The position numbers and the translations under genes are program-made. A stretch of 62,919 nt of DNA, counting the filler, from Octopus bimaculoides (taxonomy: Eukaryota), in NCBI RefSeq assembly GCF_001194135.2. It is 4 parts of 4 records of this genome, joined end to end, with 100 filler letters (N's around TTAATTAATTAA, not from the genome) between each part and the next. Parts side by side here need not be neighbours in the genome. Positions count along the whole stretch, not along the records: positions 1 to 30,417 come from NC_068985.1; positions 30,518 to 54,245 come from NC_068986.1; 2 more parts are not named here. The stretch is one strand, 5' to 3'. Positions within the stretch are counted from its first letter, which is position 1. Every line of letters starts with the position of its first letter. Shown piece after piece: positions 25,866 through 38,992 of this stretch. The notes under the pieces are model-generated. The model worked only from the letters and a program-made list of their open reading frames with translations. It did not search any database and had not been told where the DNA came from.

Positions 25866-26582
25866 CTACTGAGCAAATTTCTTACCATATCTAAATAAAC
25901 ACATGAATAAATAAGTAAGCAAACAAAACAAAAACAACCACCAAAATTAATTAATTCTGACCAGGCAAATGAACAATTCAATGAATAATTCATAGAAATT
26001 GCCCCAGATACTGGAATAATCATGAAGGCAACGATAGTAATAACAGAGTAGAGACTCTTACGCGAAGTCAAATATTGCGGTTCGTTCATACTGCAATTGT
26101 ATGAAAGCAAACCTTTGTTTAATACAGAATAGACAAGTAGAATTTGTAGATCTATCACAGTTATAAGAAAAAGCGTAGATAGGGGAGTTTGTAAGACCAA
26201 ACATCATCTCTTTGCCGCGGGAGATAATCCAGAAGACAGCAAAGAAGAAAATTTATATTTCTTCCAGCTCTTTATAGTTTGAGTTTAAAATACCACGAAG
26301 ATCAGCTTTGACTTCCGTTCTTTTAGGGTTGATGAAAAATTCAACCAGCCAAGTGCTGCAGTCGGTGTAATCGACTTACCCCAATCTCCGCCCTACTAAA
26401 AGAAAATTGCTGGTCTTGTATCAAAATTAGCATTATTTTTATTATTATTTGGGCGGAATTTGAATTTCACAAATTCCGCTCAGGTCAACTTTGTCTTTCA
26501 TTCATTCGGAAATCAATAAATAAGTAACAGTTATTGGCTCTGTACTAAAATTTGAAACCATCATCATTATTATTATTATTAT

Positions 26583-26921
26583 TGAGTGAGGGAGCAGTGC
26601 ATGCCATCAAAGTGACACTGGGGTAAAATATATGAAGCCCATTATACCCATCATGACTACCCGTCTGATAAGGGTACACCAGGCACATGCATCACAACCA
26701 TATGTGCGCGACATGGTGATCTCATATCAAGATAAACAGCGCATGACCTCGCAAGTGGGGCCCAGTTAGAATTTTCTTCAGGTCGAGTAGCCCATCCTGC
26801 TCAAAAGGTCCCTGAATAAGGTTTGTTTAAGAATGTTGAGCAAAATACCAATGTTTCCAAAGGTGAATTATTATTATTATTATTATCATTATTATTATTA
26901 TTATTATCATTATTATTATTA

Positions 26922-26994
<73 letters not shown>

Positions 26995-27608
26995 AGGGTT
27001 CGATCTCGAAATGATGAAAAGTAAATTCGACTTCGTTGAAACTAAATAGCGGTAAATAGATTCTGCAAAATAATTTTGTATATGCTTTTTAATATATTTT
27101 TCCAATGCATGCCATCAAAGTGTCACTGGGGTACCAATATAACCATCGTGACAACCCGTCTGATAAGAGTACACAAGGCACATGCATCACAGCCATAGGT
27201 GTTTGGCACGATGATTTCATATCAATATAGACAGCACATAACCTTGTAGGTGGGGGCACAGTTAGAATTTTCTTCAGGTCGAATAGCCCATCCGCTCAAA
27301 AAATCCCTGAATAAAGTTTGTTTAAAGATGATGAACGAAACACCCATGTTTCCAGAAGTGAATTATTCAAACCTCAAAGAATTTCTCTCAACACATGGCT
27401 ATGATGCTTCCCCACTACTCGCGCTCATGATCAGAAATGCACATATCGTCAGCCACTAAGGGACATTCTCAACTAAGATCAAGCAACTGACGTGCAGATC
27501 TGTGGTATTGAACAACATATTTGTTGTAACCCATCTTTTATACCAAGACAAAACATGTACATGATAACATTTCCAATCAGTTAATATCAGAAGTCATGAG
27601 AGCCACTG
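26583..27608 (-). mobile_element. Two copies of interspersed repeat family E (26583-26870 and 27105-27608)
   Basis: Reverse complement of 50620-51050 (..catcacaaccatatgtgcgcgacatggtgatctc..; ttcactcaataataat tail). Fragment at 42190-42310. Class unresolved. Confidence 0.75.
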
Positions 27609-27666
<58 letters not shown>

Positions 27667-28020
27667 ACTGTTGCCTCGCAAAAGTCTTGCTATTTCGATT
27701 CGGTTGTGTCACAAAGCAAGTTATGAAGTCACTTCCAACAAGTAAGGCGTTTCTTCAAATCTCTTTGGCATCAGCAAAATTTTTATCCATCGACCATGCT
27801 AAAAAGTAAAATACTTTGCTTAGCATGAGGCGTCAACTGTCTCAAAATGCTATATAAGAAAAGAATTATATCTAAAAACAAAATGGCTCCAATGAGATTA
27901 AGGATGGTGATAATAGTTTGACAGACGTGGTATACTCAGGGCGTCCAGTTGACTTTGATAAATGGCCTGATGTTCACTGCATTTAAGTAGGGTCTTATTT
28001 ATTTATTTATTTATTTATTT

Positions 28021-28128
<108 letters not shown>

Positions 28129-28659
28129 TTCTATTTCTGTCAGAAGAATTGGCACAGAAACTCAATGCATCTTGTTCCACCGTCTTCTCCTACTCTACCC
28201 ATCTAACTACTGACATTTGTAATCACTCAACAAAATGTCTAAGTTACCAAAGTGAGTACCACATGAATTTCTGGTCGATAATCTGACAGCAGCTGTAAAA
28301 CGAAATAAAATAAGAGAGATAGATTGATAGAGGAAGATAGAGAGAGAGGAAGGGTGGGAGAGAAGGATTAAAAGAAATACCTTTGTACATACGTCTCTTC
28401 ATTGACGTAGAGTTCAATCTTATCTAATTTGCTTATTTCATTTTGTAGTTGGGTCCATTTGTGACTGATGAGGGCCGATCGATACTCTATCAATTGTCCC
28501 AATAAAAAAAAAAAGAAAATATTCGAGAACGTTCTCTGGTCATATCCTGCCAACGGCCACAGCGTTCTGAACCTGACCCATAGTAGTTAATTAATCCCTG
28601 CTGACCATAATTATCAAGTTACTAACAGGTTGTTACCGTTTTTGTTTATGATCTTTTAC

Positions 28660-29282
28660 TCTTTTACTTCTTTCAGTCATTTGACTGCGGCCATGCTGGA
28701 GCACCGCCTTTAGTCGAGCAAATCAACCCCAGGACTTATTCTTTGTAAGCCTAGTACTTATTCTATCGGTCTCTTTTTGCCGAACTGCTAAATTACGGGG
28801 ACGTAAACACACCAGCATCGGTTGTCAAGCGATTGTGGGGGGACAAACACAGACACACAAACACACATACATATATANNNNNNNNNNNNNNNNNNNNNNN
28901 NNNNNNNNNNNNNNNNNNNNNNNNNNNNNNNNNNNNNNNNNNNNNNNNNNNNNNNNNNNNNNNNNNNNNNNNNNNNNNNNNNNNNNNNNNNNNNNNNNNN
29001 NNNNNNNNNNNNNNNNNNNNNNNNNNNNNNNNNNNNNNNNNNNNNNNNNNNNNNNNNNNNNNNNNNNNNNNNNNNNNNNNNNNNNNNATATACATATATA
29101 TATATACATATATATATATATTTATATACGACGGACTTCTTTCAGTTTCCGTCTACCAAATCCACTCACAAAAGGCTTTGGTCGGCCCGAGGCTATAGTA
29201 GAGGATACTTGCCCAAAGTGCCACTCATTGGGGATGAACCATGTGGCTGGTAAGCAAGCTACTTACCACACAGCCACTCCTG
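28660..29282 (-). mobile_element. SINE family A, close to consensus, gap in internal microsatellite
   Basis: Tail 28660-28865 and head 29108-29282. CpGs retained. Confidence 0.85.
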
Positions 29283-30346
29283 CTGTTGTTAATGTTTTTG
29301 TTAAGTAACTAGAGTTGCATGAAGGAGCAACGTTGAATAAATATATAATCTTGTACAATGACAATTAAAACGTTGTTGTGTACATTTGGACATAGGAAGA
29401 CCTTTTGCTGTGAAAGTAGCCCCAGGAGAAAATTTTTCTCACAGACAAAATGTGTGAAAACGCATTGGCCAATGGAGAACGTTATTGAATCATGGAAAAG
29501 CATGTATTTCTGCGTTCATCCATGTTGTCAGCTACGAATACCGACTTCATCCTTCATCGTTCTGTAGGAACGATAGTTCTTATATATGGAGACAGTAGAC
29601 AGTAGACAGTACATTTACTGGCGTATGTAAAGCTTGATTAAACTGGAATTAAATAACTGGAGTCGCACAAAACAGCATAGTGAAGCAGAGAGCTATATGT
29701 AAAATTATATTTCAGTTGTAATTTCCTTGTATGTTTGGTAGGTATCTCGGACTATATTATTTAATGTGCTTATCCCTCTTCTAACACAGCGATTTGAAGG
29801 AAATTTGGTTATTTTTTCCACCAGATCGAGTGACAACCTACAGGGTGTTCCTTTGGATAGATTCATAAATAAGTTCTGGAAGGAGGTAAGGTTCACCTTT
29901 GGAATCAGAACATGCAACACAAATGTCGTCAGTGTTGTGAAAGTAGCGCTTGGAAGAAAGATAGATCAATGTCACTGAATCTAGTTATCATCAAATTTAA
30001 TTAAGTCAACCACACACACATGTACAGAAAATATACATACAAACATACAAACATACATACATATCTTTGTTTAATCATTCTTTCTTACTATATACACAAA
30101 GCCTAAAATTTGAGGAGATAAGGCTAGTCGATTACATCGACCCCCAATGTTCAACTGGTACTTATTTTATCGAATCCTAAGGGATGAAAGGCAAAGTCTA
30201 CCTCGACGTAATTTAAACACAGTAAGTAAAACCGGAAGAATACTGTTAAGCATGTTAACGATTCTGACAAGCTCGCCCCACTAATATCCCTAACAGAAGC
30301 CAGCATAAATGCTGGATAGTTGATTTCTCCAGTCACGTTTAATAGA

Positions 30347-30377
<31 letters not shown>

Positions 30378-30417
30378 GATAGATAGATAGTTGGAGAGAG
30401 AGAGGGGGGGGGGGAAG

Positions 30418-30517
30418 NNNNNNNNNNNNNNNNNNNNNNNNNNNNNNNNNNNNNNNNNNNNTTAATTAATTAANNNNNNNNNNNNNNNNNNNNNNNNNNN
30501 NNNNNNNNNNNNNNNNN
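30418..30517. other. Artificial scaffold spacer N44-TTAATTAATTAA-N44
   Basis: Exactly 100 bp. Palindromic six-frame-stop linker at 30462-30473. Confidence 0.95.
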
Positions 30518-30860
30518 CAGTCAAATCCTGACTCCAAAACCACAATAAATGTCCGCAAGGCACGATTAGCGAAGACGAAGACCAAATAAACCAGTAAAAA
30601 TAATAAGATAATTTCAAATCCTGGATTTCTGGCTTTGCATAAATGCTCTGCCTTCATCAGTGAAATATACTCAAGTACATAAATACAAATACATGTATAT
30701 AAACAGTATACTTACATATACGGACGTATACATACATATATATGCAATTATGCACACGACTAGCTTAAATAGCCCTATTTTTACTGGTTTATTTGGTCTT
30801 CTTCTTCGCTAATCGTGCCTTGCGGACATTTATTGTGGTTTTGGAGTCAGGATTTGACTG
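30518..30860. repeat. 85-bp inverted repeat (30518-30602 / 30776-30860) flanking a hammerhead
   Basis: Arms are reverse complements with one mismatch. Confidence 0.92.
30611..30666 (-). ncRNA. Type I minimal hammerhead ribozyme
   Basis: Minus strand: ATTTCA-CTGATGA-AGGC-agagcatttatgcaaa-GCCA-GAA-ATCC-A-GGAT-T-TGAAAT. Stem I 6 bp, palindromic stem III with 1-nt loop, AUU cleavage triplet. Confidence 0.78.
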
Positions 30861-31039
30861 CTATTTTTTCAGCGTGGTGGTATCTCTTGATACCCTGTAT
30901 TATAATTTTAAATAATTATTACCTTTGATGGTTTTTATTCCCAGCTGACCACTTGATAAGATCAATATTTTAAATACCGATCTTATCCTTATTTATATAT
31001 ATATATATATATACTTATATATATATATATGTGTGTGTG

Positions 31040-31650
31040 TGTGTATGTGTATATTATATATATATATATTTATGTGAGTGTGTCTTTATGTTTGTGTTTG
31101 TCACACCACCAATGCTTGAAAACTGATGCTGGTGTGTTTATGCCTCTGTAACTTAGCGGTTTGGCAAAATTAACTGATAGAATAAGTACTAGGCTTACAA
31201 AGAATAAGTCCTGGAGTTGATTTGTTTGACTAAAACCGTTTAAGGTGGTGCTCCAGCATGGCCGTAGTCATATGACTGAAACAAGTAAAAGAATATATTT
31301 ATAGATATTCATATATATCAGGCACGGCTGTGCGAAAAGAAGTTTCTTTCCCAACCACATGGCTCCAGGTTCAGTCCCACTGCCTGGCAACCTGGGAAAG
31401 CCTTGTGAGTGGATTTGATAGACAAAAACTGAAAGAAGCCCTTCGTATATATAAATGTGTGTGTGTGTGTGTGTGTGTTTGTCCCCCACCACAGTTTGAC
31501 AACCAGTGTTGGTTTGTTTACATCCTTGTAACTTAGCAGTTCAGCATAAAAGACTGATACAATGAGCACCGGGTTAAAGATGATAAGTACTGGGGATAAT
31601 TTGTCCAACTAAGACCTTTTGAGGTGATGCCCCAGCATGGCCACAGCCCA
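31040..31650 (+). mobile_element. Two adjacent SINE family A copies (3' half, then near-full)
   Basis: Tail 31090-31295; head-to-tail copy 31320-31650. Confidence 0.75.
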
Positions 31651-32462
31651 GTCACACACACACACACAAATATATAAACATACACATACACATACACAAA
31701 TATAAATACATACATTCACACACAAATATATATACATACACACACCCAAATATACATACACACACATACATACACACACACACAAATATAAATACATACA
31801 CACACAAATATATATAGATACACACACATCCATACACATACAAATATACATACATACACACACATATATATATACATATACATAAAAGAAGAGTGCAATA
31901 ATTGTAAATAAATCCCAATGATAACAGAGAGGGTTAAAAACCCTTACATGCCTAGAAATAGCAGTCAAAGCCACTCGAATAGATCCACTTTTGGTTCCTA
32001 ACTTCGAAATTGTAATAGAGGACTAACCTTTTATTTTTATTTAGGTTTTGAACTTTATGTGCCATGTCACTCACCGACAGCATTTATAGTTGTGGAGAAA
32101 TAATATGAGTGACTGTAGTGGTTTTACNNNNNNNNNNNNNNNNNNNNNNNNNNNNNNNNNNNNNNNNNNNNNNNNNNNNNNNNNNNNNNNNNNNNNNNNN
32201 NNNNNNNNNNNNNNNNNNNNNNNNNNNNNNNNNNNNNNNNNNNNNNNNNNNNNNNNNNNNNNNNNNNNNNNNNNNNNNNNNNNNNNNNNNNNNNNNNNNN
32301 NNNNNNNNNNNNNNNNNNNNNNNNNNNNNNNNNNNNNNNNNNNNNNNNNNNNNNNNNNNNNNNNNNNNNNNNNNNNNNNNNNNNNNNNNNNNNNNNNNNN
32401 NNNNNNNNNNNNNNNNNNNNNNNNNNNNNNNNNNNNNNNNNNNNNNNNNNNNNNNNNNNNNN

Positions 32463-32681
32463 CACAACTTTCTCTCACTCTTTCTTCCTGTTTCTGTTGT
32501 GCCTGTAATTCAAAGGGTCAACCTTGTCACACTGTGTCACGCTGAATCTCCCCGAGAACTATGTTAAGGGTACACGTGTCTGTGGAGTGCTCAGCCACTT
32601 GCATGTTAATTTCACGAGCAGGCTGTTCCGTTGATCGGATCAACTGGAACCCTCGACGTCGTAAGCGACGGAGTGCCAACA
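32463..32681 (+). mobile_element. SINE family C, 3' half
   Basis: Matches the reverse complement of 11907-12130. Confidence 0.88.
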
Positions 32682-32689
32682 GATATATA

Positions 32690-33680
32690 TGTAGTGAAAC
32701 CATCTCCCCCACTGTTATATATAAACAAATGCGAGCATAGTAGAAAACAACTCTTTCCCTGTCATCACCTGACTGACTATTCTTTGCGCGGGTAAATTAT
32801 CTCCAGTCCGTTCACCGCAGGATGCAAATCGACCAACCGTAGCCCCTAATAAGGTCACGTGAGAGTGTTCTTCTGATGCTTCTCTGGAGCCTATCTGTAT
32901 CTATAAATAGCCTAAATTATCCCTGCCAATTCGTCGCGGCTCAGATCTTGTAGGATCTGGTCGTTTGACCACACACGTAACACAGCCAGCCAGTATAACA
33001 CCAATCAGCCAGTCCAGCGACGACATCAACACCATCGTTCAACTACAACTACCAGCATCGTCCCCAACAGCGTCAACATGACTTCTACACATACACAAGC
33101 TACCCACAGCTACCAAACAGCCACCGCAGCTTCTCAACCCTGTTTGTGTGATTTGCTCACCATGAAATAACAACCAGAATTCAGCCTGCGAAGAACCTCT
33201 GTATTCAAGAACCCGGCCCGGCATAGAAGCCCCAACATCATGATGAGTGACCGCTCTGCCTTAACCTTAACTTCTTATATATAGACACTTACTACTGTGT
33301 ATTCTAACTAAGAACTGGTAAATTCTAATCCGTGTTACTGACTCTTATCAATACTATGTATCTCTTGCATTCACATACATGTATTACTTGCACACACTCT
33401 TTTGTTTACATGACAGCCAGTCTTATATTGTGTTTTATTATGTCGCATTCACACACACACAGACATACAGTTTAATGCTACAATAAATCTTACTGTTATT
33501 CATCTCTATCGGTTGAGTTCTATCGTCTTCCTTACTGGCATTTATGAATTCTCTATGTTATAGAATTATAACATATTTATCATTTTATATTTTTGTGTCA
33601 ACCATGTGACGCGTTTAAAAAAGGAGCCCGTTTTCCATTCGTCACCATTCCTCCTTTTGGTTCGCACGGTCGTTCTTACA
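32690..33680 (+). mobile_element. Solo LTR-like element, ~990 bp
   Basis: TGTA...TACA termini with TATA(TA) on both flanks (candidate TSD). TATAAATA at 32902, AATAAA at 33482. Inner TGTTATA/TATAACA pair at 32713 and 33573. Confidence 0.55.
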
Positions 33681-33689
33681 TATATATAC

Positions 33690-33727
<38 letters not shown>

Positions 33728-34249
33728 ATGTATATATATTTGTCAGCGTGTGTATGTAAATAAATGAAAAAGCAGGATTGGTTTTCGTTTTGTTATTCCC
33801 ATAGAATTAATAAAGTTGTTTCTGTATGTGTTTAGCTGTCACTCGGAAACCAGAATGATCTGGTGATATGTACCATATGTTAGCTAATTGTTTTAGGTAC
33901 CTCTGTATTGCCAGGTAGACATAGGCACCTTCTCAGCCCTACGATCCCTGAACCAGTGTGACATCCAAAATGTTATGGCTAGAAAGCAAGAGGGCTGCAT
34001 TAGTATCTGGTTGCTGTCACTCGTTGATGTCTGAGTAGACTGCAGCAACATGTAATGAAGTAGCTTGCTCAAGGACATAGCATGTTGCCCTGTCCAAGAA
34101 TTGAACCCACAAGGTTTATGATCATGAGCTGAACACCTTTAACCATTTATATCATATGTGTTCACCACAACTGATTAAGTTAATGACCACCCTCTCTGTG
34201 CTAGTCATGTGGCTTTACTATACCAAAAATGGAAATTAACACAGTAAGT

Positions 34250-34810
34250 CACTGAAGGTAGTTGGAAATTTCAAATACCTTGGCATGTGGACACAAAAGA
34301 ACTGAAAAAGGCATCATAGCAAAGAAAGCTCTTGCCTGGAGCGCATGCCATAAATTGAGAAAGGTGTGAAGTTCAAAGTTAGCAAGGAAATTGAAAGTGA
34401 GGCTGTTTCTGGTAACAGTGGAGTCTGTTCTATAAGGGACTGAAACATGGACCCTCGCTAAAGCATTGAAGAAGCAGTTGGATGGTTGTTATACGAGGAT
34501 GCTTGGAATGGCACTCAGTGTCTCCTGGAAGAGTCATACAACAAACACCGACTTATTCCAGGGATTACCAAAAGTAACATTGAAGACACAGCACAGAAGG
34601 ATGAGGCTAGCTGGATGCTGCATCAGACACACCGATGAAATTGTTAACAAGTGAGTGCTATGGTAACCAATAGAAGGAAGAACCAGGAGAGGAAGGAAGA
34701 AGACGACCCATATTGACAACATGCTGGAGGATTCTGGTATGGAAGGGGTACAGGAGCTGAGGACCATTATGGAAGATTGAGATGAGTGGGGACAACATGC
34801 AGAAATAGTC
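34250..34810 (+). mobile_element. RTE-clade LINE ORF2 C-terminal fragment (stops)
   Basis: FKYLG...KALAWSACHKL...RLFLVTVESVL.GTETWTL...LDGCYTRML..SWKSH.TN.DL...RRMRLAG. Confidence 0.82.
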
Positions 34811-36594
34811 TGGGAGACAGCAGGATAGAGATGGCAGCAAAGTACTGGGCATATGCAATGATACAGTGAGACAGGGCATGGGTGGAACACACAGGTTGGA
34901 AGCTAGTGGAAAGCAATGATACAATGACCTAGATAGATAGATAGATGGTATTTGGCTGTCTTTACTGGACTTCACTCTGTTTTGAGTCTTTAGACAAGAT
35001 GGCCAGTTCTCTGCTTGTCCATATTTTCCATGCAGACATTGACCTACCAATGTTCAATCTGATTGATTTCCCCACCATTCTAGGATAGCTTACAAAAAGG
35101 CCAGCACTTCTCCTTGTCTCCTCTTAATTTATTTTAAAAGAAAACAAAACAAATATAAACATAAGTAGAAATCTTAAACAGCAAAAGATTTTTTGAGGTT
35201 GTCTTGATTTATTGCAATTTTTTCTTCTTCTTCTTTCAAAGCAAAACAACAAAGACAATGTTACATCTGCCTTTCTGTGCTAATGTGGGTTGACTGACTT
35301 TACAGACCAACACATTCAGATATTTTGCACACTGAGACACCTACATAGCATCAGCGGTCGACCATTATTCATTCAAACAAGTAACACACACTGCTTATAA
35401 ATGCAATCGAGAGAATGTTTGAATACAAGACTCCTCAAACCTTTGACTTTTTTGCCTCTCTTATTTATGGAACAAACTTAATCTTAAAACTATTGTTTCT
35501 TTTTTGTAAATGCTTCAAATTTATTATGTGTTAGTGTTGTAAAGACTATAAACTAATTCATTTTGTGTGGTTGTGTTGTTTTGAGATCAAATATCTTTAC
35601 CATCAACTTGGCCTTTTCTTTATCCAATGGAATGGTGAGTAATGAATGAAATATCTACCTGCAATCGTCGTTGTTGTCATCATCATCATCATTGTTTAAC
35701 ACTTGCCTTCCATGCTGGCATGGGTGGGATGGTTTGACAAGAGCTGGTCAGGCTGAAGCCTGCACTAGACTTCTATAACTGTTTTGGCAGGATTTTTACA
35801 GCTGGATGCCCTTCCTAACACAAACCACTCACCAGAATGGACTCAGTGCTTTTTACGTGGCACAAGCAGGTCAGTTTTACGTGGCAGAGGTAAGGTCAGT
35901 TTTACGTGGCAGAGGTGAGGTCAGTTTTGGCAAGGTTTTTACAGCTGGATGTTGTAGAGGAGGTACAAGGTTACTTGGTCGGAGTGAGAGAGAGGTCAGC
36001 AATGAAGACAGAAACAGGTGCACTGCTGCAATGGAAATACATGGTTACCCAACCCCAGGGAAGTGCAGGAGAAGGAGAAAGATAGAGTGGGAGACAGCAG
36101 GATAGAGATGGCAGCAAAGTACTGGGCATATGCAAATGATACAGTGAGACAGGGCATGGGTGGAACACACAGGTTGGAAGCTAGTGGAGAGCAATGATAC
36201 AATGGCACAAGGCCAAGGGGACAAGATTGGGGGAGTGGGAGGTAATCATAATACAAGGAGCAGAAATGTGAGGAAGAGAAGAGATGTAGAGACGTAGTTT
36301 GGTTTGTTGTAGAGTGGGTGGGAAGTTTTCTTGTTAAGTGTGGGTGGGACACACAGCACTTCTAGAACTTAGTTTTGCCGACATGGGTGGGTCTTCTCTA
36401 GAACTTCATACCACCAGACATCTCGGTCCATTGTCATTTCTTCTGTGAGGCCCAACATCCTGAGATCGATCTTTACCACTTCATCCCACATCTTCCTGGA
36501 TCTCACTCTCCCATGGGTACCATCAACTTTCAGTGATCGACATTTCTTTATGCAGCTGTCCTCATCCATACGCATCACATAGTCGTTTCTTATT

Positions 36595-36992
36595 TTTTAT
36601 CTTTTACTTGTCTCTGTCATTGAACTGTGGCCATGCTGGGGCACCACCTTGAAGGGTTCAGTTGAACAAATCAGCTCCAGTTCTTATATTTTTAAAGCCT
36701 TGTACTTATTCTATCAGTCTCTTTTGTCAAACTGCTAAGTTATGGGGGATGTAAACACACCAACACCAGTTATCAAACAGTGATGGGGGACAAACACAGA
36801 CACAAGGACACATGCATGTGTGCACACACACACACAATGGGCTCTTTTCAGTTTCCGTCTACCAAATCCACTCCTAAGGCTTTGGTCGGCCCAGAGCTAT
36901 AGTAGAAGACACTTTCCCAAGGTGCCACACAGCAGAACTGAGCCCAGAACCATGTGGTTGGGAAGTAAACTTCTTACCACATAGCTACACCT
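36595..36992 (-). mobile_element. SINE family A, CpG-decayed
   Basis: Full head to tail. Most consensus CpGs appear as TG or CA. Confidence 0.8.
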
Positions 36993-37043
36993 TAGAAAAT
37001 TATTTTGCCTACCTTACTCCCTCCAAACCAAATTTACTAAAAA

Positions 37044-37069
37044 GACAACAACAACAACAACAACAACAA

Positions 37070-37120
<51 letters not shown>

Positions 37121-37246
37121 CAAGAAGAAGAAGAAGAAGAAGAAGAAGAAGAAGAAGAAGAAGAAGAAGAAGAAGAAGAAGAAGAAGAAGAAGAAGAAGA
37201 AGAAGAAGAAGAAGAAGAAGAAGAAGAAGAAGAAGAAGAAGAAGAA
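37044..37246. repeat. Compound triplet repeat (CAA)n(CAG)n(CAA)n(GAA)n
   Basis: Directly visible. Forms the 5' flank of a family B SINE. Confidence 0.95.
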
Positions 37247-38664
37247 GGCAGTGAGCTGGCAGAACCGTTAGTACACTGCGGAAAATGCTAAGAGGCATTT
37301 TGTCTGCTTTTTACATCTTGAATTCAAATTCTGCTGAGGTTGATTTAGTCTTTAATAAAATAAGTACCAGTTGTACACTGGGGTTGATGTTATCGACTTA
37401 CGCCCCCCCCACCACTCCACTGCCCCTGAAATTGCTGGCCTTGAGCCAGAATTTGAAACCAATATTGTTATTATTGATGATTTATAAAGATTCTTGTAAT
37501 TCTTCACAGAGGCAAATAGCTAAGAAGAAGAGTGCCATCATCATCATCATCATCATCATCATTGTTTAACGTCCATCTTCCATGCATGCATGGGCAGGAC
37601 AGCTGACAGGAGCTGGCCAGGTAGAAAAACTACCTCTAAGCTACTGTGTCTGTTTTGGCAGAGATTTTACGGCTGGATGCCCTTCCTATCACCAACCACT
37701 CCACAGAGTGGACTCGGTGCATTTTAAAAGGAAGAAATTAAGAATAGAAAACTGCAACCTTACGTCACCCCCTGTCTGCTCGTCCACAACAGTGTCATTG
37801 ATCTTTGATCTTTGAACAATATTTTAATAGATCACCTGTCTTCTTCTGGTTGAAAAGGAAAATGAAAAAAAAAACCCACAGAAACAGAGAAATTCAAAAT
37901 ATAAATAAGGAAATCCTGCTTTCCTACTCTGATAGAACGACATCAGCAATTTTCACTTTCATAACTGGTAGCGAAGAAAAAGAAGAAGAAAGAAAAAAGA
38001 GAAGGAGAAAAAGAAGGAAAAGAATTCTGAGTCAAACAGTTTAGTGTAAATATGATGAACCTCACCTATCATTTTATTCATTCTTCTTGGGCAGTGGTTC
38101 TCAAACTTTTCAAAAAAATTTACGTGCCACTCCCCTTACAGTTTTGTTCAATGATTCATGGTACCCTATAGAATGCAGGATGATTAACATGGGAAAAAAA
38201 TGACATACATTCATGTAGAATAATTTTTGGACTATGAACAGCACTGCCCATAGACCCGCAACCCCCAAAACCACAACTTAATCCAGGCAATTGGGATACA
38301 ATAAAAGGACATAAAAATATGGAGAATCAGTCGATCAATTGGTTACAAAGCAAATGAGAAACAAAAAATACCGACAGCACATGCACAATCAACCATTATA
38401 CCTGCATATTTTCTCTCGGTCAATCACACTTGTTGTACAGGTGTGATTAGGAAATGAGTATAGGAGTGGTGTAGGTATTTTGAGTCCAATGACAAAGAAA
38501 GACAATAGCATGTCAAGGAATTTGAAGAGTTCAACCACTTTAGTGTGTATGAGAGAGAAATCCACAGAAGCTGACCTTTCCCAGAGAAACCACAGGAACA
38601 CAAAGTCTTCTGGGGTCTCCTTCCAAACCCATTTGTTTGGGAGGAGGGATCACCATCATCATCA

Positions 38665-38810
38665 TTTAATACATTATTTACATTTGATGGATATTTGTCC
38701 TCATCTTGTTTGTTGTTAACATAACATTTTGGCTGATATACCCTCCAACCTTCATCAGGTGTCTTGGGGAAATTTTGAATCTGGGTTCTCATTCCTAAGG
38801 TATTTTTCGA

Positions 38811-38843
<33 letters not shown>

Positions 38844-38992
38844 TATTATTATTGTTCAGGTCACTGCTTGGAATTGAACTCGGAATCTTGGGGTTAGTAG
38901 CCCACGCTCTTAACCACTACGCTATATGCCTGTCAAATGTAAATAATATAAATAATGTACATAATTCCTCATCTCTTAAATATAGAACTGTA
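38665..38992 (-). mobile_element. tRNA-headed element carrying a decayed hammerhead, plus an inverted copy of its own tail
   Basis: Minus strand: A box tagcgtagtgg, B box gttcaattcc, (AAT)n, body, then GACAC-CTGATGA-AGGTT..AGCC-AAAA-TGT-T-ATGTT. The tail sequence recurs on the plus strand at 38931-38992. Confidence 0.75.

Noticed and set aside
25862-26200. Hydrophobic 112-aa minus-strand ORF resembling a membrane protein
   Set aside because: Non-ATG start directly after a stop, no recognisable family or supporting exons, and AT-rich DNA often gives hydrophobic ORFs.
28465-28560. CTGATGA-GGGCC...GGCC
   Set aside because: No GAAA after the putative stem II and no stem I partner.
35306-35640. 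Plus-strand exon-like segments 35306/35320-35380 and 35586-35634 (gtgagt donor)
   Set aside because: No recognisable peptide and no chain of further plus-strand exons. Not VPS13D-like.
38857-38930. tRNA-like sequences here and at 12215-12287 and 13715-13785
   Set aside because: No complete acceptor stem, and each continues into a repeat body. These are SINE heads, not tRNA genes.
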